This document shows, one piece after another, positions 1 through 12,812 of a stretch of DNA of 64,000 bases. How positions within the stretch are numbered: position 1 is the stretch's first letter; each line of letters opens with the position of its first letter. A program made the position numbers and the translations under genes. The DNA is taken from NCBI GenBank assembly GCA_000388065.2, contig KB932201.1; one strand, written 5' to 3'. A model generated the notes under the pieces. That model did no database searches and was not told the origin of the DNA. It saw nothing but the letters and a program-made list of their open reading frames with translations. This stretch comes from Fonticula alba ATCC 38817 (Eukaryota; Protista; Nucleariida).

Positions 1-56
1 GAGAGAGAGAGAGAGAGAGAAAGAGAAAGGAAGCTGCGGCCCGAGACATATATGGA

Positions 57-1553
57 TCACAGGTACTCCAGCTTGCGAATGGCATGGAATTGCTCGGGGA
101 TCTCCATCAATGCCGCCAGGGCAAAGGCCGGCTCCGGATGGTAGGGGTTCTGGGACAGGACCTTGTGGAAGTTGACGAACTGGAAGTTGTCGAAAATGCG
201 CCCAGGCATGTCATCCTGGGGGGAGGAGGAGGGAAGGAGGAAAGTGAGGAAAGGTCAGCTACGCATGGTTTGTCATGGGCCCGCGGCCCCCGCCCCCCCC
301 CCCCCCCCCCCCCCGGGGCGGAGCCCGATTTGGGGAACAGTCATGCTGACGGCGCCGACACCCGACCAACTCCCCTCCGCCCCAGCGTGAAACAAAGCGG
401 CGCGAATGCAAGGCGACGCACAAAGTACTCCATCTGATCCCAGGGCCCATCGCCAACCCCGACAACAATGATGCTCAAGGGATACTTGGACGCCTCGATC
501 AGGGCATCACGCGTCTTGCGCGGGTTGGAAACCTGGCCGTCGGCAACGATCACCAAGATGTGATACTGAGGCCGGCGGCAAAGAGTGAGGGCAGGGAAGA
601 AGGGGGGGGGGGGGCAAGTTAGGGTGGATGCGGCAAGCGGCATGGATGATGGCCATTTTGCGGGGGAGAGGGGGAGGCAGGGGGGGGGGGGAGGGGAAGT
701 GGCCGGAAAAGGGGGGAGGGGGGTGTGGCATACCTGGTTCTGACTCTGACGAACAATGTTCACCGCGGTCATGATAGCCGGCGCAAAGCATGTCGGCCCG
801 GACATCTGCACGTGCGGGGTGACTTGCTCATAGCGCTCGAGCACCTCCTTGAAGGTGTAGCATCCGCGAGGATCGGTGTGGAGGGGAAACACGCTGGGAA
901 GCAGGACCGATTGCGAGCAAAGTCAGTGGGGTCCGGTGAGAAGGTACACCTAGGAAGGGGGGGGGGAACACAGGAAGGAGATAACGCACGCGCGATCGTG
1001 AGTGTTGACATCACCGAACCCAAACGAGGGGATGAGCTTGTCCTCGTCGAAGGACTCTGACAAACCGGTGGACATGGGGAGGCAGACACAGCAAAGGGGG
1101 AGATGTACGGGGGGTGGGGGGGGGGGGAAGAGAGAAGTTAGTGGATGCAGTTGGAAAGGATCGGAGACAGGAGGGAGGGGGGAAAAGGGGCGCACCCAGA
1201 GTGGCGCCGATGATGCCGATGGCTTGCTGGTAGGGGTTCAACTGCTCCCGGTGGGGGTCCAGCCAGTGGAGGCACCGCCCGCCGAAGGAATTCTTTCCAG
1301 TGTGCTGGTTGGATGAGGTGTAGTCCACGGCGAAGATGAGGTTGGAGGACTCGAGGTTGGCCCGGCGCAGGGCCTGCTGAACCTCCTCGATGGACGAGAA
1401 GTTGTCGCCTGAGGAGATGAGGGAGGTCAATACAATGTGGCCGGCGGGAGATGGAGAGAAGTGCGGCGAGAGGAGACAACGAGGAGAGGGGCATGGAGAC
1501 GAACCGATGATGCGGGGCACGGAGGACCGCTGTGTAGAGGACGAAGATCCCAT
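57..1553 (-). CDS. Copine/RGLG-type vWA-domain protein with N-terminal myristoylation motif; 6 exons; no C2 or RING domain
   Basis: Spliced product: MGSSSSTQRSSVPRII-GDNFSSIEEVQQALRRANLESSNLIFAVDYTSSN...ESFDEDKLIPSFGFGD...HDRAVFPLHTDPRGCYTFKEVLERY...SGPTCFAPAI...YHILVIVADGQV...ASKYPLSIIVVGVGDGPW...DDMPGRIFDNFQFV...ALMEIPEQFHAIRKLEYL*. These are copine-vWA motifs as in plant RGLG ligases. All junctions are GT-AG and keep the frame. Exon 1 is 1553-1505; stop TGA at 57-59. Confidence 0.88.
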
Positions 1554-1956
1554 GTGTATGAAGGGCGTGGTACGGGCCGAGCGGGGGAAGGACAGCGAAA
1601 GCAGGGGAAGGCCGGGACAACAGAGGGTGGATTGGGGTCGTGCTCAAGCACAGCCGGTGGGTGTGGCGATCTGATGGGAGGGGGGGGGGATAGACGGGAG
1701 AGAGGGGGGGAGAGGGGGGGGGGGGGAGAGAGATAGATATAGATGCGGAAGGAGATAGATCGAATGTGTAAGTGGTGACAGTGTGAGGAGCTTGAGGAAG
1801 GATTCCTCCACCAAGCTGCCCCAAATGGGCCAGCCAACTTGGACTGGCAAAGGCGGAGCCGGAGAAGGCCGAAGCCGGGAGGGGGGGGGGGGTGAATTTG
1901 ATCGCCGCGGGGGGCGCATCTCCCCTGCCAGGCCGTGCGAGGGTCAACCGAAGGAT

Positions 1957-1980
1957 AATTTGAGATCCGCCAATCAAATT
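1957..1980. promoter_or_regulatory. CCAAT box enclosed by a 7-bp inverted repeat (AATTTGA...TCAAATT), upstream of the copine-like gene
   Basis: The sequence aatttga-gatccgccaa-tcaaatt lies ~400 bp upstream of the ATG at 1553. Function is inferred only. Confidence 0.25.
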
Positions 1981-2453
1981 CGCCCACCAGGACACCAGAA
2001 ACATCCCGCCCTCCCCCCTCTGCTTGCCACAATGACGAGCATCAGAGACCGGACACCGGTTCCAAGGCAACTCCGAGCAGGCGTGCACGCAGTTGGCCGT
2101 CCCCATCACACGCGCAATATCCTCGAGCCTGTCTCCACCCTCTCGCTGCCCAGGAGGGCGGGAACAGAAAATGGCAGAGACCTTCCCCTCTGGGACACGT
2201 CCAGGTGATTTTCCCGCGGGCATGATCCGCTGAACGAGGATCACGTTCGTGGTGTGGGCATCTCGACTGTCGTCCGAGGGCCGGCCGACGCAGCAGGGGG
2301 CCTTTGGCTCCTGTTTGGGCACCTCATTCTCGTGCCGCATCATTTGGAAAAAAAAAGCAAGCAATACCAACAAAGATCGCAGGGCTGCTTCCCCCCCTCC
2401 CCTTGTGGATTCGCCCGCTCGCTCCGTGTCTCCTCCTTTTGACTAATGGAAGG

Positions 2454-2500
<47 letters not shown>

Positions 2501-3124
2501 AGAGGGCAAATACAGGCAGCATCGCACGCATTGGAGGTTTAAGTTTATCATTTTCGGGAAGGCAACATCTCCCTATAGAGCTGTACAGGGTATGACACGC
2601 AGAGGGAAATGCAGGGGGAAGGGGAAGAGGGGGAGGGGCGAGGAAGTGCGTGTGGCAAGGAGGTGCACTGGGGCTGGTCGGGACACATACACACAACCGG
2701 AGGGATAAAAGAAGGTAAAATCTGAAGAAGGCAAGTATGGTAACAAGGAAGGAGGAGGAGGACGCCTGGCTGGTTTTGCACAGCACACACACACACACAC
2801 ACGCACACACACGCATAGACACATATACATGCATGGTGAGATGGTCGGGAGGGGTGGGGAGAGAGAGAGAGAGAGAGAGAAGGGGCTAAAAATAGCGCTT
2901 GGTAGGAGTGAGCACCATGCCCCCCGCTTCACCAGTACCCCTCAGGGCAACAAGGCAGAGAGGGAAGCATGGATGGGGAGATAGGAGCCGGGAGGAGAGC
3001 AGCAGCAGCAGACACAGTGTGCCGTGGAGGGGGTGCCAGCTCTCCGGGCCGCATCTTCGTTCGAGCTCCCTCGCGCGCCCTCTTCCCTCGCGCGCGCGCG
3101 CGCGCACACACAGCCCCCTCCCCC

Positions 3125-4402
<1,278 letters not shown>

Positions 4403-4859
4403 GGTGACCTACTTCGCGTGTGGGGGGGGGGGGGTTGGAAAGGCCCTCTTCCGATTATTTCAAGCTGGCCAGGAGGAGGGTGTTAGTGGGCGGGCAGTGG
4501 CGCGACAAACCCAAAGGGAGGGAGGGAGGGAGGGAGGGAGGAGGAGAGGACAGGCAGGAGAGGAAGGGGGAGAGGAAGGGGGACCAGCAAGTGATGTAAC
4601 AGGAGGGCTGTAGTGGAGAGCCAAGGAGAGAGGCAAGAGCGAAGGAGGAAGAGGGAGAGGAAGAGGGGGGGGGGGGATGGCTGCAAAAGCGATATGTGGC
4701 AACCTCAAGGAAGCCAGGACTGCGGGGGCGAAAGCGAAGAGTCGGGGAGGGGGAGGGATGTGCTTACTAGAGAACAATGGAGGAGTGGGTTGCTGAGGCC
4801 GCCCGGCGGCGTCGGGAGTCCCTAGGCCTCTTCTTAACTCCCTGTGTGTGCCTCCGGCC

Positions 4860-4908
<49 letters not shown>

Positions 4909-6180
4909 TAGCTGGGTGTGAGCGTGCCTGTAACAGACGAAGGGAGAGGGCGGCGGGAGGTAGAGAAAGAAGGGGAGAGGTGGTGCTCCCGCACAGGCAA
5001 GGGCCCCTGCGCGGGTGCCGGTGGTGCGGGAGCCATGTCTGTATTTGGCGAGACAGAGGGAGACAGAGAAACAGACAGTGGGCGGGGATCTGCTCGTGAT
5101 GGGTTCATCTCCCCGGGGGATATGGCCGTGGCCGCTTCTCCGACCAGTCCCGACCCGGGCATCCCCTGTGCGCACCCTGGCCCCCCCCTTCAGCGCGCGC
5201 GCGCGCGCGCCCCTCGCACGCCCTCCTCCTCCTGGCCCTTGGCGGCGGGCCGGGTTCAGGCGCTGGGGGATGGGGATTGCCGGCGGGATCGGATTTAGCA
5301 ACTAGCCACGGCTCAAATTTTGGGCGGCCTGGCCGTGGGGGAAGCCTTGCCTCAACAACTGAGGCCGAGGGGGATGGGGGGGGGGGGGCGGGGGCCCGCG
5401 GGGCGAGGCCTGCCGAACGCTTGGCAACCCTGGGACTGAAAAGCAAGCTGCGCAGCGGAGGCTGAGGGTTCCGCCGACATCGGACTGGACCCGCCCGAGG
5501 GGTGCGGGGCGCCAGCGGGAAGGCGCCCGACACAGCCCGGATTACCGCCCCGCCCCTTCCACTGAGGCCAGGTAGCAAGGCGCCTCAGAAAAGGCCGAGG
5601 GGGGGGGGGGGCGTGGGGGCACGGCCTGCCTGGCCCCTGCGACGAACACACACACACACACTCCCACGCACATTGACGCACAAGGCTGGTCGCGCGTTCC
5701 CCCCCGTCCCGGCCCCCATCGCTCTGGCCCGGCTGGTACCGGCCGACTCCTGCGCCGGAACTGCGCACGCAGCCAGAGAGACCCAGACCCCCAGCCATGT
5801 CAACAGCTTACCGGGGGGGGGTGCGCGAGGGCGGGAGCCTCCGCCAGGCGGGGACCAAGCCCCCGGACAGAGGAGACGCACAACGCCCGCAAGGCAATGG
5901 AGAGAGCACAAAAGTGCACAACAGGAGATGAAATAACAGCGGGTGCCGGGGGATTTCCCCGAGTTCTGGAATCCCCGCGGGACAAGCCCCCGGCGGATCG
6001 AGGGGCGCCTGTGCCCCCGCCGTTCCATCCCCTCTTCTCGCTGTTCGGGGCCAGGCCCCCCCCTCCCCCCCCCCCGGAGAAACCAACCTTCCCCCGACCC
6101 ACCCGCCAGGCCGCGCCCCTACGTCTGGGGAACCGCTGGGGGGAAATCGGCCCGCGCGCCTCATCCCACCTTCCCCGGGC

Positions 6181-6220
6181 GGGGGCGGGGGGCGGGGGGC
6201 GGGGGGCGGGGGGGGGGGGG
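6181..6220 (+). repeat. G-run array with G-quadruplex potential
   Basis: Five or more G5-G13 tracts separated by single C residues, between the Rab14 5' region and the proC 3' end. Confidence 0.5.
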
Positions 6221-7252
6221 AATGCGAGGGCCAAGGCGGCCGCCTGGGCCAAGAGCCGCGCTCGTTGGCGTTCCCCCCCCGCCCTCCTGGCCAGGCATCC
6301 CCGGCTGCCGTTCTGATGGAGTCCTCAGATCGGCCCGGCATGGACTCCATGAAGTGGGCTGTGCGCGCGCGCATAGACACACACACACACACACCCGTGC
6401 GCACCACTATCCCTCGTCTCCCCCCCCCCGTGCAGGTCCACACGGCAGCGTATCCCATTCCTCGCCCGGGGAAAAATGCTCCCGCCCACACTTATCAGCC
6501 CCATTGGGGGTCGTTTTTCGCCCTCGCTCCGGGCTTCTTTCGCCCAGGGCCGGCACGCGCCAGGGCCGACACTCCCCCATGCAGGCCCCGGGCGTCTGCT
6601 CGGCCCCCGCCCCCCCCCCCCGCCCAATCAGCTGGCAGTGACACCTGGAGAGCCTTGCGAAACGCCCCCTGCTCCGCCAGAGGCAGGGCCGCCTCATGCC
6701 AAACGGGCGAGGGGCAGGAGGAAGGTGCACGCCCTCTCGGCGACACACCCCGCTCCTGCGCACCACCCCCTCACGGCAAGTGCCGGACGTGCGGGCTTGC
6801 CGTCTCCGCGCCTCGCGGCAGTCCGCCACGAGCTCCACGCACAACCTTCACAACCAGCCTAGAGACTAAATCGCCGCCCTTTCGTCCCGAATCCTCGGCC
6901 GACTGTGATGCACGGCCGAATACACGCACGCACGCACGCACACATGCACCCTTCTCTCCCGGCAGCTGCCCATTTCTCGGGCGCCCACGCCTACACCGCG
7001 ACACACATCTCCCCGACGGAGACAGCAGCCCACCAAACTGCACAGACACCCACCTCGGCGCGCTCCGACTGTCGCCCCCCCCAAACTCGCCTCCCAAGAT
7101 GCAGGAGGCCCTTCTCTCCACGGCCCCGCTCCGCGCCCCACGGCGTCCAAGAAGGCCCCCCCCCCCGCAGGTCCCCTTCGGCCCTGGCGCCTGGCCCAAT
7201 TTCCGACACAAATCCGGCGTGTGATCGCATCACGTGTCTATTCGCCGGATGA

Positions 7253-8781
7253 TTACTGGCTGCCGGAGGTCTCGCGCTGGGCAATCTCCCCGAGCTCGCG
7301 GGCACGATCGGTGGCCGCGGCCACGGCGCTGATAACGGCTCCGCGCACACCGCGGTCCTCCAGGACCTTGAGCCCAGCCACCGTGGTGCCGGCCGGGCTG
7401 GAAACACGGTCCCGAAGCTCGGCCGTGTGCGGGGGCGGGGGGCAGCTGCAAACCGGAGCTGCGCCAGCCGGGGCCGGCACACCGCCGCAGGCCGAGCACC
7501 CGCCACCGTCCGCCGTGAGAACCATGCGCGCCGTGCCGAGGACCGTCTGCGCAGCCAGTGCCCGGGCCGCAGGGCGCGGAAGCCCAGCGAAGACGCCGCC
7601 ATCCGCAAGCGCCTCAATGAAGAGCAGGGCGTAGGCCGGGCCCGAGCCGGCCAAGCCGGTCACCGCATCGAGCATCTTCTCGTCCACCACGTGGGCCTGT
7701 CCAACAGCCGAGAAAAGCCTGAGAGAGAGAGAGAGAGGGAGGGAGGGAGGGAGGGAGGAAGGAGGATAGACGTTAGCGTATTTCTACAGGGATGCACACA
7801 TGCAAAAACACATATGCATGCTATCCGTTGTGCAAAGGAAGAAAAGAAGATGGCGGGGGAGATAAAAATCAAGGCCGATGTGCGCGCGCGTGTGTGTGTG
7901 TGTGTGTGTATGTAGGGCGTACTCGCGCGTGAGTTCGACGTCCTCGCCGGTGGCGTTGGTCCCGGCTGAAATGCCAGTCGCCCCCTCGCCCACCAGGGAC
8001 GGGGTGTTCGGCATGACGCGCACAATGCGCGGCGGACCGGGGTGAGAAACAGTGTGCTTGAAGTCGGGCTCGGCCTCGGCACCACCCGACGGGAAGACAC
8101 CGAGCCCGGAGCCAGCAGCCGCTTCCAGGGCCCGGGTGGTCACACCGGCCGCCACAGAGATGAGCAAGTGCCCGGAGCCGATGTTCGGGCGGAGGTCACG
8201 CAAGACCTGTTGTTTTGGTCCATGGTCCGAGCGAAGGTTGAGAGAGGGGGAGGGGGAGAGGGAGAGATATGTATGGATAGGTAAGTGGTGGTGTGGCAAA
8301 TAGGACGGTGCATGGGCAATCGGAAGGCGGCATGAGCAGGAGGCGGGGGAGGGAAATCGCCGGGTGGCGTACAGTCGGCACGGCATCCGGCTTGACACAG
8401 ATCAGAATGACGCGGGTAGACTCGGCGACAATGGCCGCAGAGCTCGGGGCATTGATGCCGAGCGTGCTGGCCGCCTGGCGGGCCGAGGCATTCACATCGT
8501 ACACGTAAAGATCGGCGGCCTTCCTGTGTGCGGTACGGGGCGGAGCGGGGCGGGTGAGTAGATGATAGGTGTGCACATCAGAGAGAGATAGGGAGGGGGA
8601 GGGGGGAGGACAGAGAGGAGGAATGGGGAAAGACCGGGAGGTCGAAGGGGCAGGATGGCAAGGGGGGAAAAAAAGGCAGGAGGGAGAGTGAGTACCGGAT
8701 GCCTTTCCGGACAAGGCCGCGGTAGATGGCGGTGGCCATTTGCCCACCGCCGATGAAGCCGATTGCAGAAGAGAGGGACAT
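7253..8781 (-). CDS. proC: Pyrroline-5-carboxylate reductase (4 exons)
   Basis: [19 protein letters not shown] (Rossmann GxGxM), [77 protein letters not shown]. All are canonical P5CR motifs. Three GT-AG introns keep the frame. Confidence 0.95.
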
Positions 8782-10287
8782 GGTATGTAATCGTATGGAT
8801 ATGTGGTGGAGCAGAGGAGGGTGTGGCTTTGGGAAACTGGCAAGATGCAATTGAGATTGGGCAGGGCCAGTGAGGCAGGGGAAGAGAGGAGGTTGTGGAC
8901 CTCCGGCCAACACGGCTCGGACCGCGAATCATGGTGGCAGATCTACCCTTCCGCATGGCTCCTTGACCCCCCTCCCCCCCCCCCCCCCCCNNNNNNNNNN
9001 NNNNNNNNNNNNNNNNNNNNNNNNNNNNNNNNNNNNNNNNNNNNNNNNNNNNNNNNNNNNNNNNNNNNNNNNNNNGGGGGGGGGGACGATCAAAGCCCTG
9101 ACGAGCGGCGGAAAATTGCGCACTCCGCCCTGCCCCCAGCGGGGAAGTCCTGGCCCGTCGGGGTCGCTCGCGTGCGTTGCAGTACCCCAACCACCCCCAG
9201 TGATCTCGCCTGTCCAGCCTCCAAGTCATCGGCCCCCATACGGGGAGTAGTCATGACCATCGCCCTGCGAAGACCGGCTGAATAGCCATGACTAGGCGTC
9301 CGCCACACGCGGGTGCATCATGGAAAGGTGCAGCGCACATTTGCACCCGATGTTGAGGAGGGAGAAAGAGCGCGCGGCCGCGCACTGCGCCTGCATGGTA
9401 CCTCCTTCTGTCCCGGAGCTGGCCTCCGCAAGTCAGCTCGCAGGATAGAGCACCCAGGCAACAGGGGCGAGGGGGGAGGAAGGAAAATGCCGAGCTCCCC
9501 TCGATGATTGTTCCCCCCCCCCCCCCCCCCCCGCGTTGAGTGCTCGTCGGAGGGGGAAGATGTGCCATCTCGCAAGCGAGGCACATCCCCGCCAAGAGAC
9601 CTCTTCCCCGCTCGTTGAGCCGCCCTCCGCGCAAGGACACACCGGCGCCCCAAAAGAAAGCCCCAGGCCTCGGGCTTCGGCTTGGTCCATGCCTGTCCCC
9701 GACCCCCGTGTGAATCCCTCCAACATATTCTTTCCCACCTTTTCCCGTTTGTGTGAAAATATGTGCCCCCTTTCCTAACGGCCCCTTCCCCGCGCGAGAA
9801 AATCATCCTTCTCAGCCGCGCGCGCGGGAGCAGGGGGCGGGGGGGGGAGGCACACGCGCACAGACCTCCCTCGGAGGGGGGGGAGCCAGCCCAGCCACCA
9901 GGCAATCGGGGCGGGTCGGGGTGCACATTTTCCGAAGAAGGCAACGCGAAAATACCGGAGGGCCGCCTGAGCCCCACATTGAACACGAGCGATTTCCCAT
10001 TATCTGATATTGTAGTACCAGAATTGTGTGCCGGCTGCCGGGCCCGGTGGTTCGCGTGATCTTTCTCGGAGAAGGCTCTCCCAGACGCGGGCGCCCGGAC
10101 TATCATCCCCCCCCCCCCCCCGACCGCTCCCGCCCCTGCCCCCTTGGCTCGGTTTTTTTTCGTTCTTCGTTGCTGCTTGCGCCTCTCCCCCCCCCCCCCC
10201 CCGCCCCCTTGTCCAACAACAAGAGGGGCACGCGTAACAGAGGAAAGCAGGGCAAAGCAGGGGGTATGTATCTTTAGCATGCTGTGC

Positions 10288-12812
10288 TCACGCCCCTCCG
10301 CCATGCCGAACATTGGACGGGGCGGAGGTTGACAGAGAACGGCTCCGCGTGTGATCGACATACAGCTGCGCCCACTTGAGCATGCTCAGCATGCTCTTGA
10401 GCGCCAAGTTCCATTCGTGCTCTTCGTTGCTGATGTTGCTTCGCCGACCGGAACTACTGCCGGCCAGGGACCCGGAACTGGCCGAACCCGAGGCACTGGA
10501 TGATGAAGAAGGCAGGAAGGTGGATGACAGCTTCTCGAAGGAAGTGATGGCATTCGGGAAGACGATTGGCCGCCCGTCGATGTGACCCTTCTCGATGCTG
10601 GTGTTCACAGCATGGGAGGCGGAGGGGGATCCATGCGCGAGGGCATCAGTGTGGACATATGGGTGTGAGTGTGTGCAGAGGTGAAAATACGAAGATGAAA
10701 AGATATTCGCATGGGGGGGGAGGCGGGATAGAAAGGCGAACGCACACGAAATGATGAGGCAGGCAGGTGAATGTCCCTGGTGGGGGTGATGCCTGGGAGC
10801 GCTCCGGGGACCCGGGGGCGCCACCTGCTGCCGCCGCGGCAATCCCGGTGCCGGACGAGCCAGATCGGGGCAGCCCAACGCCCGAGGAAATTTGCCGGTT
10901 GATCTCGGTTGCCAGCTGATCCAGGCAGTCCAGGAAGGCCGCCAGGGCCTCATTGAAGGAGCTTCGGAACTTCATCTTGTCCGCAAAGGAGGCCGGGTAG
11001 AAGAGGTCGAGCTTGCGACCATCTTCACTGGCAGCCGGCCGCCGGCCCCCGGAGTCGCCTCCGGCATCGCTTCCGAGGCTGACCTCCAGGAAGGATCGGC
11101 TGCCGAAGGGGCAAAGCTTGTACCTGAGCGAATGGGTGGACGGATGTCAGGAACCGGCCCCGAAGGGAAGGGGGAGCGAAACCGGCAGGCGACAAAGCAT
11201 ACCGCGAGAAGGTGAAAGGGAAGTGCTGGCCAAGGATATGCAGCAGCAAGCACGCATGCCCCAGGGCGTGGTTGATCTCGTCGCGATTGCGCTCGGAAAG
11301 CTTCTCGAAAAGCCCCAGGCGGTGGCCATTAATGGACGCCACATCCGGGCCATCTACCGAAATGTGGAAGGCATCCTGGATCACGCTACAGGCACTGAGG
11401 CGCTCCTGGTTCCGGGGGAAAGAAAAAAATAGATCAGTGATCCGGACAAAGGCCATGACAAAAGGAAGGGGGCAAGTGAGGAAGCCGAAGGGGACATCCG
11501 CACCAGCTGCATGGAATAGTGTGCATAGAGGGAGGCAATGGCGTCACTCTCATCATTGAACTCCTCCGAGTCCTGTTGAAGACGGTTCAGATGGAACTGC
11601 AGGCTGGTTGATGGGAGGGTGGTGGTGAAAATCGGCGCTCTGGAGGGGGGGGGGGGAGTGCAACAAACGGACTGCGGCAAGGGAGCTGTGGCAAAGGGCC
11701 GGTGGCAAAGGAGTTGTGGCAAAGGAGTTGTGGCAAGGGAGTTGTGGCAAAGGAGTTGTGGCAAGGGAGCTGTGGCGTTCCTGTGCCGGCAGAACAGGAA
11801 ATGTGGCGTACATATTTTCCTGTCGATCAATGAGATCCGCCTCAATGTCCAAGTCGTCGGAGATTTTCTGGAGCTCGAGGGCCTCCCTTTCGAGAGCGGC
11901 CGCCTCCTGCAAGAGACGCTCCTCTTCGGCTTTGAGCTACGACGAGAAGGGAGGAAGAGGGGGAGTGTGGTGAGGTGGACAGGAAGGGGCTGGTCGTTAG
12001 AAACGCGGCCGCATGACGCGGGGGCAATCCCCGGAAGGCGAGCCAGAGGGCACACGAGCACACCTCATCGATGACGTCCTGGGCCAGGGTGGATTGGGTA
12101 CTCAGGGCGTCGGGGCTGGAACTAAACAGCTGATCCAGCCTCCCGCCGCCATGGGGAGTCAATCCGGCGCTCGACCGACCGGAAAGGAACTGCGACAAAT
12201 GACGCTGCTCCAGGTCGATCTGCTCGAGCTTCGTGCGAATCCGACTGGCAATCAGGTCATTGCACTGCATTCAGGGATGGGAGTGGGAGCGAATAGGGGC
12301 GTCAGGAGCGTCTCTCTCTCGCGCGCGGGGNNNNNNNNNNNNNNNNNNNNNNNNNNNNNNNNNNNNNNNNNNNNNNNNNNNNNNNNNNNNNNNNNNNNNN
12401 NGGGGGGGAGGTAGCACGGACACTGTGGCAAAGTGGATGGTTGATCAGTGTCTGCTTGGAGAGGGAATCGAAGAACATGGTGATGGCAGCATCAATGATG
12501 CGGCGACGTTCATCCATATCTTCGGGCAAATTAACCGATCCGGGCGTATCGGCCAAGTCGTTGCCGGAGATCTCGATGAAGTCATCGGCTTCGACTGGGG
12601 GAGGGGAGACATCAGCGCGGGGATTCGGCGGGGCACCAGCAGGTGGAACAATTCATCGACGCACGCGGGAGGTGCCCACTGGCCATGCGCTGGCTGGCGA
12701 AGGAGGTGGCCAGGTTGACGATCTTCTGGTCGATTTCCACCGGAGTGTGGCACTCATGGCAGGAAATAACGTGCTGCATGGTGGCGGGTGTAGTGGCGAC
12801 TGAGGAGGCCAT
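10288..12812 (-). CDS. ATG6: Beclin-1/Atg6/Vps30 (PI3K class III complex subunit); about 8 exons; start tentative
   Basis: ISCHECHTPVEID (N-terminal CxxC), FFDSLSKQTLINHPLCHSCNDLI, a coiled coil, DAFHISVDG..ASINGHRLG..EINHALGHACLLLHIL..FTFSRYKLCPFGSRSFLE, FNEALAAFLDCL, LPHHFVIEKGHI and EEHEWNLALKSMLSMLKW. These are collinear with the Beclin-1 CCD and BARA domains. An upstream, possibly non-coding exon may end near 12952. Confidence 0.9.
11676..11773. repeat. Intronic minisatellite, 7 x 14 bp (GGCAA[A/G]GGAG[T/C]TGT)
   Basis: Seven consecutive 14-bp units, directly visible, inside an ATG6 intron. Confidence 0.9.
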
